This document shows positions 37,033 through 45,122 of a DNA stretch of 64,000 nucleotides, one piece after another (within the stretch, counting starts at the first letter, position 1; the number at the start of each line of letters is the position of its first letter). The notes under the pieces were generated by a model. It was not told where the DNA came from. It saw only the letters and a program-made list of their open reading frames with translations, and ran no database searches. Where the stretch lies: the IMG/VR virus record IMGVR_UViG_3300036760_000522, positions 186,001-250,000 of that record; one strand, written 5' to 3'. The translations under genes and the position numbers were made by a program.

Positions 37033-37550
37033 TACAAAGTCGTCTGGATGGTCAAGTAGTTCTCGGTCACCGCGGTTGGTGCTTGAACAACAAGGCCTGT
37101 GTAGTTTGTGTTTGGGGCCCGTGGATCAGCCGAGAGCGTCCACTCGTCTTCCACTGTCCAAAAACCACGAAGAGAGAAACGCAAACGGTCTGAAGCGTTG
37201 TACGTCAGTGGTACAAGGGGACCTGCTGTTCGAGATGCGTAGGTGTAGCGCTCGTAAGTCGAGGTCATGATAAGCCACGACCCTACAGCCATTGTCGAAA
37301 CTCGGTAAAACGGCTGGTTACGTGTCATCGATGTGAACTGATCCGAGATCTCGTTAGAACCCCAAAGAATGAAGCCGCCCGGCTCACCATCAGAGTAGGA
37401 AACTAAAAACTCATCCCGCGTAGAAAGAACCCAACGAATCCCTTGGCCCCCAGGCCATCCTCCCGCGGCCAACGCTTCAGACACAGTGACGGGGTACTCA
37501 TCACTGCGAAACAAGATCACGCAGTCTCGTGTGCGAAATTGCTCTGACAC
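37032..37550 (-). CDS. Decoration-protein paralog 1 (172 aa)
   Basis: RTRDCVIL, GGWPGGQG, GFILWGSNE, SLRGFWTVEDE. Confidence 0.85.
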   Translation of the reverse strand: MSEQFRTRDCVILFRSDEYPVTVSEALAAGGWPGGQGIRWVLSTRDEFLVSYSDGEPGGFILWGSNEISDQFTSMTRNQPFYRVSTMAVGSWLIMTSTYERYTYASRTAGPLVPLTYNASDRLRFSLRGFWTVEDEWTLSADPRAPNTNYTGLVVQAPTAVTENYLTIQTTL

Positions 37551-37553
37551 GTC

Positions 37554-37802
37554 TCAGTCCTTGGGTGTTCGAGTACGTGTTGGCATCTTGCTCCACGCAG
37601 CTATTACTTTTTCCAACAAGCTGAGCTGTAACAGGGATCCACTAACCAGCGCCTCCCAGTTTCCTCGACACCTCCGAAACACATTTCGAATCGCAGCAAA
37701 GTCCTGTGGAGAAGTCACCAGGTCTTCTCCACATAAGTGGTCCACGAACTGACGAATCACACGATTCGCAAAGATCACGTCTGGTATCTCAACAGAATCC
37801 AT
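37554..37802 (-). CDS. Hypothetical protein
   Basis: 82-aa ORF; GAGG SD. Confidence 0.7.
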   Translation of the reverse strand: MDSVEIPDVIFANRVIRQFVDHLCGEDLVTSPQDFAAIRNVFRRCRGNWEALVSGSLLQLSLLEKVIAAWSKMPTRTRTPKD

Positions 37803-37808
37803 GCAACC

Positions 37809-39794
37809 TCAGAATCTGGCACGTCGAGGAACGAACCGCGGCGAAACCCCGTGGCGACGTGCCCGCATCATCTGGTATCGACGAGGCGTCATAGTTGTAT
37901 AGGTAGGGTCTCGCGAAAACAATGAGCCGTTGGCCGCATGTTTCTGATTTGCGAGAAACTCTGAAGAGAGGGACACAGCTCGTACGTATGCATCAGCAGA
38001 GTCGTCGAAAGAACCGTGCTTCTGAGGTGCTTGGACATTCACCATATACTTCGTCTTCAAAGTAGCCTGCAAAGCAAACAACTCCAGGATGAAATCCGAG
38101 TGCCGCTCTCCGTCACGAGCCCGCTCTGGAATAGGGAAGTCGTAGAGCCGAAGTCGACCGTCGTACATCAACATCTTGGTGTTTTGAAACATCTTGCTAC
38201 GTTGATCAGGTGTGAAAAACTGTGATGTGAATTGCTTGAGACCCTTCTTGTGCAACGCCTGCTCCAGAGGCAAACCGTTCCACCGGTCGAACAAGCCAGC
38301 TGTGACGTGAAACCACGAACAAACTAGCTCAATCCACTTGGCGATCTCGTCAAAATCTAGCCGTTCCACATCCTGCAAAGACTTTGCAAACTCTGTCGAA
38401 TAGCGACCTTCCAAATGTGGGTTTAGGTCTTTCCACTGACACCCTGCACGCCAAACCTCATGATAGTCCAGGACGACGCTGTCGCGCTCCGGGTGCGTGA
38501 TACAAATCACTGTACCGTCATTGACCAAACCTACGTCTAACCCCATCTGGTGAGGTTCACGAGGACGTGCACGAGACTTAGGTCTCAAGTCACGGTCGAC
38601 GCAAGCCAACAAGTCCGGCTTGCGTTCAATCCACCCAACGCTTTGATCGGAAAACCGGGCACCGTACTCCGTCATGAACACGACGGGGTTTTTGTGGTAC
38701 TCAGTCCGAAAGTAGGCGCCCGAGACTGTGGGGTTGACTTCCCAGGTCGGGGCTTGAATCGCCAAGGTGTAAGCCGCACCAGGATCGTTACGCATCGCCA
38801 AATCGTACTGGTCGAAAAACTTCCCTGACTTTCCTAAAGGTGATGAGATCAGGATGATTCTCGATTCAACGAGGGCTTCCTGTTGTGTCACGGAATCAAC
38901 GAGTATTCGTTTTGTGACTGGATCCTTTCGTGTGTAGGCCGCAGTCGAAGGCGTCAATGCCGAGTAAATCTCTTCAGCCGATCTTCCACCCTTAGTCAAG
39001 TAATGAGCGACCTCATCCAACACGATCAATATATTACCGGGACCACGCAAACTTCGTGCAACACAAGGTTTGAACGTCACACGAATCGACGCTTTACCGG
39101 AAAACGTCGTGTACTTACCGTCACTCTCTCGAGTAGAGACCCCGTGTTTCTCGAGATCACGCGGTGTACGAAAATTCATGAACGTGAGGTTGTTGTTGGC
39201 AATGAACGGCTTGAAATATGAACATCTCCCAACATGAGTTGCCACCTCATTGAACAACAATCCGGCTTGTTCCTTGTCCGTGCCAATGGACGTCAGCTGA
39301 ATCCGACTGCCATCAATGAGTCCGTAGTAAGCTTGAGGGTCATACAAATTCAGTAGCCGATAGACCTCATAGCTTGCAAAGATCCCTGCCATGGCAGTCT
39401 TGCCAGACCGTCGACCAACAGCCAAAACCAATTCACGTCGATCATATGAGGGCTCGTTGATGTTACAGCGACCCTCATTGTACAAATAGTGGAGGTACTC
39501 CACCTCCGTGAACTCGTACAACGTACGAGTTTTGAACATGTCCGTGATGATGATCCGATCTGTCAGATCATCCGGCAAACGATCCAACAGATCGAGTCCG
39601 TAGTAGAGCTTGATGATGAATCGCTGAACCGGGTAGAGCTTCATGCCGAGTCCCCAGGAACTCTCGGCATACGTGAGCACATCAAAAATCGGTGCTATTA
39701 CGTTGTTGTCACCATCTGCCTTGGCAATATCCCGACCAGCTTGTCGAATGAGTGATGCAAGCGACCCAGCGGGAGTCTCGATATTCGCAGCCAT
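37809..39794 (-). CDS. terL: Terminase large subunit
   Basis: Walker A GRRSGKT, Walker B LIVLDE, coupling motif ISSP, nuclease GLDVG, DRWN, DDSADA. Confidence 0.92.
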   Translation of the reverse strand: MAANIETPAGSLASLIRQAGRDIAKADGDNNVIAPIFDVLTYAESSWGLGMKLYPVQRFIIKLYYGLDLLDRLPDDLTDRIIITDMFKTRTLYEFTEVEYLHYLYNEGRCNINEPSYDRRELVLAVGRRSGKTAMAGIFASYEVYRLLNLYDPQAYYGLIDGSRIQLTSIGTDKEQAGLLFNEVATHVGRCSYFKPFIANNNLTFMNFRTPRDLEKHGVSTRESDGKYTTFSGKASIRVTFKPCVARSLRGPGNILIVLDEVAHYLTKGGRSAEEIYSALTPSTAAYTRKDPVTKRILVDSVTQQEALVESRIILISSPLGKSGKFFDQYDLAMRNDPGAAYTLAIQAPTWEVNPTVSGAYFRTEYHKNPVVFMTEYGARFSDQSVGWIERKPDLLACVDRDLRPKSRARPREPHQMGLDVGLVNDGTVICITHPERDSVVLDYHEVWRAGCQWKDLNPHLEGRYSTEFAKSLQDVERLDFDEIAKWIELVCSWFHVTAGLFDRWNGLPLEQALHKKGLKQFTSQFFTPDQRSKMFQNTKMLMYDGRLRLYDFPIPERARDGERHSDFILELFALQATLKTKYMVNVQAPQKHGSFDDSADAYVRAVSLSSEFLANQKHAANGSLFSRDPTYTTMTPRRYQMMRARRHGVSPRFVPRRARF

Positions 39795-39799
39795 GGCAT

Positions 39800-40396
39800 T
39801 TAACGAGCCAGACTGTCGACGCGTTCCTCCCAGCCTACCAACCTGTTCTCCAGGGCATTGAAAAACACGTTTACCTGTTCAGGTGCCAAGGTCGCTTGTG
39901 CCGCGTCGCGGATAACGTCAATAAAGTGTGAGAACACCTTCTGGAATTTCTCTCCACGCAAGTTGATAGACCCGCCATTCATGCGTTGCAGCTCGACTTC
40001 CAATCGCATCAGCTCGCGTAACGCGATAACACGAGTTCGTGAAACCGTCGTCGAGTCGTAGCCGTTCCTGTCCAACAGCTCTCGATTGAAATGCATAGCC
40101 GAAACCTCTTCGGCTATCTCACGACGGACCGTGTACAACAAATCGAGGGTCGCCCCACCCTTGCGTTCTTCAGCGTAACGTATCAGATCGTTGTTTTTCA
40201 GATAGAGCTTGCGTTGGACGTCTACCTGCTCATTTGTAGAATCTTGATCAAGAATCTTTTTTGCCGCCGTGCGAAGACCGTGTTGTCGACGACCCCGAGC
40301 AATTGGGATGAGATCACCACCAGCCGCCGCCCGAGCAGCTTCCAAAGCCTCGGGTGTTCCAACTACGTCATTTGGCTGGTCGTCTAACGGCTTCAC
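39800..40396 (-). CDS. Probable terminase small subunit
   Basis: Helical 198-aa protein directly upstream of terL (positional inference). Confidence 0.5.
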   Translation of the reverse strand: MKPLDDQPNDVVGTPEALEAARAAAGGDLIPIARGRRQHGLRTAAKKILDQDSTNEQVDVQRKLYLKNNDLIRYAEERKGGATLDLLYTVRREIAEEVSAMHFNRELLDRNGYDSTTVSRTRVIALRELMRLEVELQRMNGGSINLRGEKFQKVFSHFIDVIRDAAQATLAPEQVNVFFNALENRLVGWEERVDSLAR

Positions 40397-40761
40397 AAAT
40401 CCTCCGTCTTGATCAAATACTGAGACAAGTTGTAAACAGAGTCGTACCCACGATCCTTTGGAACTTGTTTCTCAATCGCCCGTTCCAAATCACGCCCTGT
40501 CTCGTACAAGTTTTGTACCGCGAGGTTCTTTGGTGACGGAGAGAACACATCCTTTGGGCGTATGTCCCGACGATCGGGCTCAACAGCTTCCGGATTGTTA
40601 CCTGCCAAATCAGCCCCCTGTTCACGCTGCAAAGGGACCGTGATCCCCTTTGGTTTGTTGACAGGTTGTGTATTCTTCCGCGCACGAGAGCGTCCGCCTG
40701 GCAATTGATCCGCCAAACGTAAATACGCCTGTACAACTCTCCGTGCAGATTCCGAACTCAC
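40393..40761 (-). CDS. Small protein with RRVVQAYLRLA leader; candidate internal virion protein
   Basis: 122-aa ORF overlapping both neighbours. Confidence 0.75.
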   Translation of the reverse strand: MSSESARRVVQAYLRLADQLPGGRSRARKNTQPVNKPKGITVPLQREQGADLAGNNPEAVEPDRRDIRPKDVFSPSPKNLAVQNLYETGRDLERAIEKQVPKDRGYDSVYNLSQYLIKTEDL

Positions 40762-42044
40762 AAGTTTTGTCTACCTATTTGTATCGAGGCACTCGACACA
40801 CACGAGTCTTTTTCCGCCGTGATCGTGATTGGCTTTTGTGTCAACCCGTATTCCTTCACAATCGAAGGGGGTGCAGAAGCCCCGGAAGCGACCTTCTGAA
40901 CAAGTACAGGTTCTGGCCTTGGGGGATCAGCTGAAATTCGCTTGTTGAGGACTGAACAGAGATCCGTTCCTGTGGCTCGGTGAACACAGGAAGCGCACTT
41001 CGGTCCTTGTTTCACACGCACGACTTCTGTCTTTGCTCGAAACTGACGAGCAGCCGTACGGCAAGACCCGTAATCGTCGTAGACAGTAGGATCAATGAAG
41101 GTCCTTCCTTGACCAGACGCGAGCAACTCACGCAACGCAACAGCCTCCGCCTTCAATTCCGCGGGCAAAAACTTCGTCTGCAAAGAAGACAACAGCGCAT
41201 TGCCTTGCATCCCAGTGTTCACCAACTGAGACGCAACACGAACTACTGGTGTCAGACGTGGAAGATCTTTGCGGATCAAACGATCCGGAGAGATCAGAGC
41301 GCTTCCCTCTACCACTTTCGGAAAACTAGTACGTGGAGGCGCGGAAGGAGGCGTAGGTAGGAATGCATTTCGTATACGAGTTTTTGGGTCTGCCTCAGCA
41401 CTTCCTCGGACCCCACGAGACTGCTCCACGCTCTCTGCCAAGGCGGGAGTGTAAGGAACGTCGAGAACGAGCTGTTTGTGAAAAACACCACAATGGTTGT
41501 TGTGTTTGTGACAACAGTCTTGACACGCGGTCTTTGCAACCAAGTACCTACTAGTGCTCGCAAAACGGTGCACGAAATCGATCTCATTGGCAGATCGATT
41601 GGCACAGTTGGGGAAGTCTTCAGCTGCGATATAGAGACGGCCCAAAAGTCCTCGCTCTGCAAGTGTCTGTAACACTTCGTTCTTCGCGAGCAGCAGACTT
41701 GTCGTATCATGGTGTGACAGCAAGGCGGTCCGGATCTCTTGTGAATTCGCTGTGCGCATGACAGCCAAACGTGCTGTGCGAACAACTTCACGAATCGTCG
41801 CCTCTGGTGAGGACCGCAGCTTCCCATGAGCTGTAGAAAGATCCCCCATCGTTTTAGGTTCACCCCGATTGGGAACCAAGCGCTCCGAAGGTCCGTCTTC
41901 CAAACCCCACAAAACTTGCAGATCCGGAACCGTGTCCAGATTCTGTTTCGGAAGCACAGTGTCTCGACTCCTCAGCCAGGACAAATCCACCAGGCTGCTA
42001 TCTTTGATCATGCGCGAGAGGTTCATCAGGTCTCCTGGGGCCAA
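40758..42044 (-). CDS. Cys-cluster protein (two CxxC...C modules)
   Basis: ACQDCCHKHNNHCGVFHKQL and KCASCVHR...CSVLNKRI; RVA/RTA/KVA motifs. Confidence 0.78.
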   Translation of the reverse strand: MAPGDLMNLSRMIKDSSLVDLSWLRSRDTVLPKQNLDTVPDLQVLWGLEDGPSERLVPNRGEPKTMGDLSTAHGKLRSSPEATIREVVRTARLAVMRTANSQEIRTALLSHHDTTSLLLAKNEVLQTLAERGLLGRLYIAAEDFPNCANRSANEIDFVHRFASTSRYLVAKTACQDCCHKHNNHCGVFHKQLVLDVPYTPALAESVEQSRGVRGSAEADPKTRIRNAFLPTPPSAPPRTSFPKVVEGSALISPDRLIRKDLPRLTPVVRVASQLVNTGMQGNALLSSLQTKFLPAELKAEAVALRELLASGQGRTFIDPTVYDDYGSCRTAARQFRAKTEVVRVKQGPKCASCVHRATGTDLCSVLNKRISADPPRPEPVLVQKVASGASAPPSIVKEYGLTQKPITITAEKDSCVSSASIQIGRQNL

Positions 42045-43003
42045 TCGTAGAGTGGATCTGGCCGGTATTCGACGGTAGTCGGTGAAAAACGCACGTAAGG
42101 AGTTGTCACGTCTTGCTCGCTGTAACTCGTGTTCATCAAACCCCGATCAATAACCGACAGACTGGGCTCGTGATCCGGCAGCTGAGATTGTGTGTTGACC
42201 AGATTACCTCCGTCACCCCGATAGTAATCAGCCCGCGCAACAGGACTCTCGCTGTCGTTCGGAAGAAAGCCAAACGAATGCCGACTGTCACTCATGGGTG
42301 AAGACTCGTGTGTCGGAGGGACATCTTGCCCCGGCTGCTGCGACACAGGGCCCCAGTACCCGTAATCAATTCCTTGTCCTCGGGCACCATAGCCCATACC
42401 AAAATCCCACGCGTCAGTTGGAGTTTCGTCCCACGCGTCATCAGGAACGGTCGATGTGGCAAAATCCAAACTGGACCAAACCTGATCGTCTTCCGAAAGA
42501 GGATCCCCACAACAACCGGCTGTCCAATCGTAACGGTACGAAGCCTCCTTAGGTCTCGACTTGTTGTTGGAATTCTCCGTGTCCTGCAAAACTTTCTCGG
42601 ATCTTTCAGGTCGGTTACGAAGGTCTTCAGACTCTTCTACGAAAAGCTCAATGTCCTTCTGATCATCCGATGGAAGCTCCTTCAGTTCAGCCTTCCAATG
42701 AGGTGCATTGATTTCGTCGTGTAGGACGTCCGTAGCAGCACTCAAATTCTCACACGCCTGGTTCAACATGCGCCGGACGTCTTGCACGCTCGAGACGTAG
42801 CCACGTCCACCAATCAGCCCATCTGGACTGACTGTGGAGCTCTTGATTCGACTAAAATGGCGATACGCCGACAGTGCGTGGCCTAGACCCACGCTGGCCG
42901 CCCACAACGTCCTTGCAAGAGGTTTGAGAGATCGCGAAGCAAACGGGTAATCCTTTGGGATCTGTCGTTTCAACGCTGTCGGAGGCGGAGGTTGCTCAGG
43001 CAT
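42026..43003 (-). CDS. Hypothetical protein with acidic low-complexity C-terminal half
   Basis: 325-aa ORF. Confidence 0.75.
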   Translation of the reverse strand: MPEQPPPPTALKRQIPKDYPFASRSLKPLARTLWAASVGLGHALSAYRHFSRIKSSTVSPDGLIGGRGYVSSVQDVRRMLNQACENLSAATDVLHDEINAPHWKAELKELPSDDQKDIELFVEESEDLRNRPERSEKVLQDTENSNNKSRPKEASYRYDWTAGCCGDPLSEDDQVWSSLDFATSTVPDDAWDETPTDAWDFGMGYGARGQGIDYGYWGPVSQQPGQDVPPTHESSPMSDSRHSFGFLPNDSESPVARADYYRGDGGNLVNTQSQLPDHEPSLSVIDRGLMNTSYSEQDVTTPYVRFSPTTVEYRPDPLYDWPQET

Positions 43004-43235
43004 TCGACTCCTTCAGTGGGGCTCCGTTGTCCTGAAATAGGCGCTCAATATACAGGTCTCCGCCGTCACGTCGGATCCCCCATAAATCTCGTGATGCTAA
43101 ATTGACTAGCGTGTCGGCTGATACTCGCCGAAAACCGTTCAAGTCAGGGATCGTTGCGACCTTTACACGTGTTGTCACACGTGTTGGGGCACTAAGAAAG
43201 CTGTCGAAGCTTGTAGTCGAAAATTCGATCCTCAT
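42996..43235 (-). CDS. Small hypothetical protein
   Basis: RDLWGI...YIERLF; overlaps both neighbours. Confidence 0.7.
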   Translation of the reverse strand: MRIEFSTTSFDSFLSAPTRVTTRVKVATIPDLNGFRRVSADTLVNLASRDLWGIRRDGGDLYIERLFQDNGAPLKESNA

Positions 43236-44137
43236 GTAACCACCAGTCGAACCAAAACGTCCACGTAGTTGTTCAAACTGTACCCAGAAACACGAAGTGT
43301 CTCCTCGTACGTCCCAGGCAACAACCCATCAACAGGCTCAACCAAAATACTCACGGCCTGTACCCCTGCCGTCACTGTACCAGACACAGGCGTGAACGAA
43401 GAAAGCCACGAGAGCGACAGGCCCGTCAATCGAGCTACTTGAAACTCGAGAACCGAGCCCGAAGCCCCGGTGTTCGACACATTGAACTGCTGACTAGGAA
43501 CTACCGGGAACGGTCCGCTTATTGGACGTACGACGCTGAATTGAACCAACGGCGTCGACAACACAATGACAGCCTTGGGCCTCACAGTGATGAGCACAGG
43601 AACCGCCTGTGGAGTGTTCAGAGCTGTTGGGTCCTGCACAGTAATCATCCCGGAATAGGGGCTACTGGAGGCCACCAAGTCCGTGGAATCGACGGCCACA
43701 CTGAACGACCCTGACTCATTGGATGCTAAATTTCCTACCGAGCCTGGCGTAGCTTGAATGTACGGTGCCGACGAAGTTAGGACGGCGTTCAACAACGAAC
43801 CAAATGTGCCACTGTTGGCGACCGAGACCGTTTGGGCCACTGACAGTCCGCGACCTTCATCAACAGCGAACCCTAGAGACGTTGGAGGTCCAACCAAGAT
43901 CTTCGGTTTGTAGGTCGCCTTGAGTGTGTCAATAGACTCGCTCATCGCTTGAACCACCTCACCAGGCAAAGGTGTCGTATCGCGAAACAACCCAAACGGC
44001 GTCACGATCTCAACAACGGAGTACACAGGGTACGCGCCCGTGACATCCAGTCTGGTCTTCCAACGCCAGACGCGTCCTGCGACAGTAGTGCTAAATCCTA
44101 CGTCCTGAACGCTGATACTGGCTGCCGAGATCGCCAC
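43232..44137 (-). CDS. Structural protein with two BACON/Ig-like domains
   Basis: Repeated QTVSVANSG...L / QQFNVSNTG...L and YSGMITV / YEETLRV. Confidence 0.75.
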   Translation of the reverse strand: MAISAASISVQDVGFSTTVAGRVWRWKTRLDVTGAYPVYSVVEIVTPFGLFRDTTPLPGEVVQAMSESIDTLKATYKPKILVGPPTSLGFAVDEGRGLSVAQTVSVANSGTFGSLLNAVLTSSAPYIQATPGSVGNLASNESGSFSVAVDSTDLVASSSPYSGMITVQDPTALNTPQAVPVLITVRPKAVIVLSTPLVQFSVVRPISGPFPVVPSQQFNVSNTGASGSVLEFQVARLTGLSLSWLSSFTPVSGTVTAGVQAVSILVEPVDGLLPGTYEETLRVSGYSLNNYVDVLVRLVVT

Positions 44138-44168
44138 AAACTCGGCAAATGAACAAACGAATTAGTGA

Positions 44169-44438
44169 TTACGCAACGGCGTCAGCCGGGCAGCCCTCAC
44201 AGGGCGTGACCGGCAAGGGTCCAAATTCTGGAGCGTTACGGTCGTCGTCAGTCGTCTCGAACCACATCTGACCAACCCCAAGCGCACCCAAACCACCCCT
44301 GAGAATGTGCTTACCTGTCTTGCACTTAGCGTGAACGAAATGTCCTTGTCCGTAAAAGATGCGCGGACCATTCACTTCAACGTCGAGGGCTTTCGCAACT
44401 CGAATACTGGAGGCTTCCAAAGAATCAGCAGTAATCAT
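44169..44438 (-). CDS. Small Cys/His-containing protein (89 aa)
   Basis: Start reassigned to ATG 44438, 1 nt after the upstream stop. Confidence 0.55.
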   Translation of the reverse strand: MITADSLEASSIRVAKALDVEVNGPRIFYGQGHFVHAKCKTGKHILRGGLGALGVGQMWFETTDDDRNAPEFGPLPVTPCEGCPADAVA

Positions 44439-44439
44439 G

Positions 44440-45102
44440 TCACTCACAGACGTTTCCACCCCTATTTGCCCACTGGGGCAAAGAGACGGCGCGCAAGATA
44501 TTAAAATTTTTCGCAGCAATAGTGCTGAAAATCTTCTCATACGGAACGTACTTTGAATCTTCTTCGGCCGCGCCTTTCAAGCGATCAACAGCACGAAAAA
44601 AATAGTGACGCACACCACTCTGTGGGATGCTCAGGCGCAAAGCCACTTCAGACTGACAGGTAGTCTGCCACATGCCCACCAAAATGTTGACGTCTCGAGA
44701 ACTGAACAGCGATGACAAGTCAGTACGCATGTCCTCTTCCGTGACCTGCGGTATGCTCAACAAGAATTTTAGCCGCTTGATCCCGCGAGCAAGTCGGTAG
44801 CTGACAGCCGCTTGTGTCACTTCGAAGATCGCTGCAATGTCGGCCTGCTTCTTCCGCAAAATGTAGTAGAGCAAAATCAAATCGGCCTCACGCCCCGGGA
44901 TACGATCCAACAAAGGCATGATTTTCTCTTCATACGAACTGGTGGCAAAGAACGCTTCCAAATCCTCGGTACTGACGCCCTCGATAGAATCAGCGTCGAC
45001 ACTGTCACCTGTGTCGTCAGCAAAAAAGGCGTCGTCTTCAGACGAGAATCGGGTAGCCAATCTCATCGGATCAATCGGGATCACATATCCGGCAGTACTC
45101 AC
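44440..45102 (-). CDS. Tandem sigma-70 region-4-like HTH protein (phage transcription factor)
   Basis: LDRIPGREADLILLYY...KQADIAAIFEVTQAAVSYRLARG plus a second HTH CQSEVALRLSIPQSGVRHYFFRA; GGAGG SD. Confidence 0.75.
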   Translation of the reverse strand: MSTAGYVIPIDPMRLATRFSSEDDAFFADDTGDSVDADSIEGVSTEDLEAFFATSSYEEKIMPLLDRIPGREADLILLYYILRKKQADIAAIFEVTQAAVSYRLARGIKRLKFLLSIPQVTEEDMRTDLSSLFSSRDVNILVGMWQTTCQSEVALRLSIPQSGVRHYFFRAVDRLKGAAEEDSKYVPYEKIFSTIAAKNFNILRAVSLPQWANRGGNVCE

Positions 45103-45122
45103 GTGCTTACCTCCACGAAGAA

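Noticed and set aside
35987-37550. Diversity-generating retroelement (TR/VR pair) behind the duplicated 3' blocks
   Set aside because: No reverse transcriptase is in the window, the differences are not adenine-specific, and all copies are intact paralogous genes.
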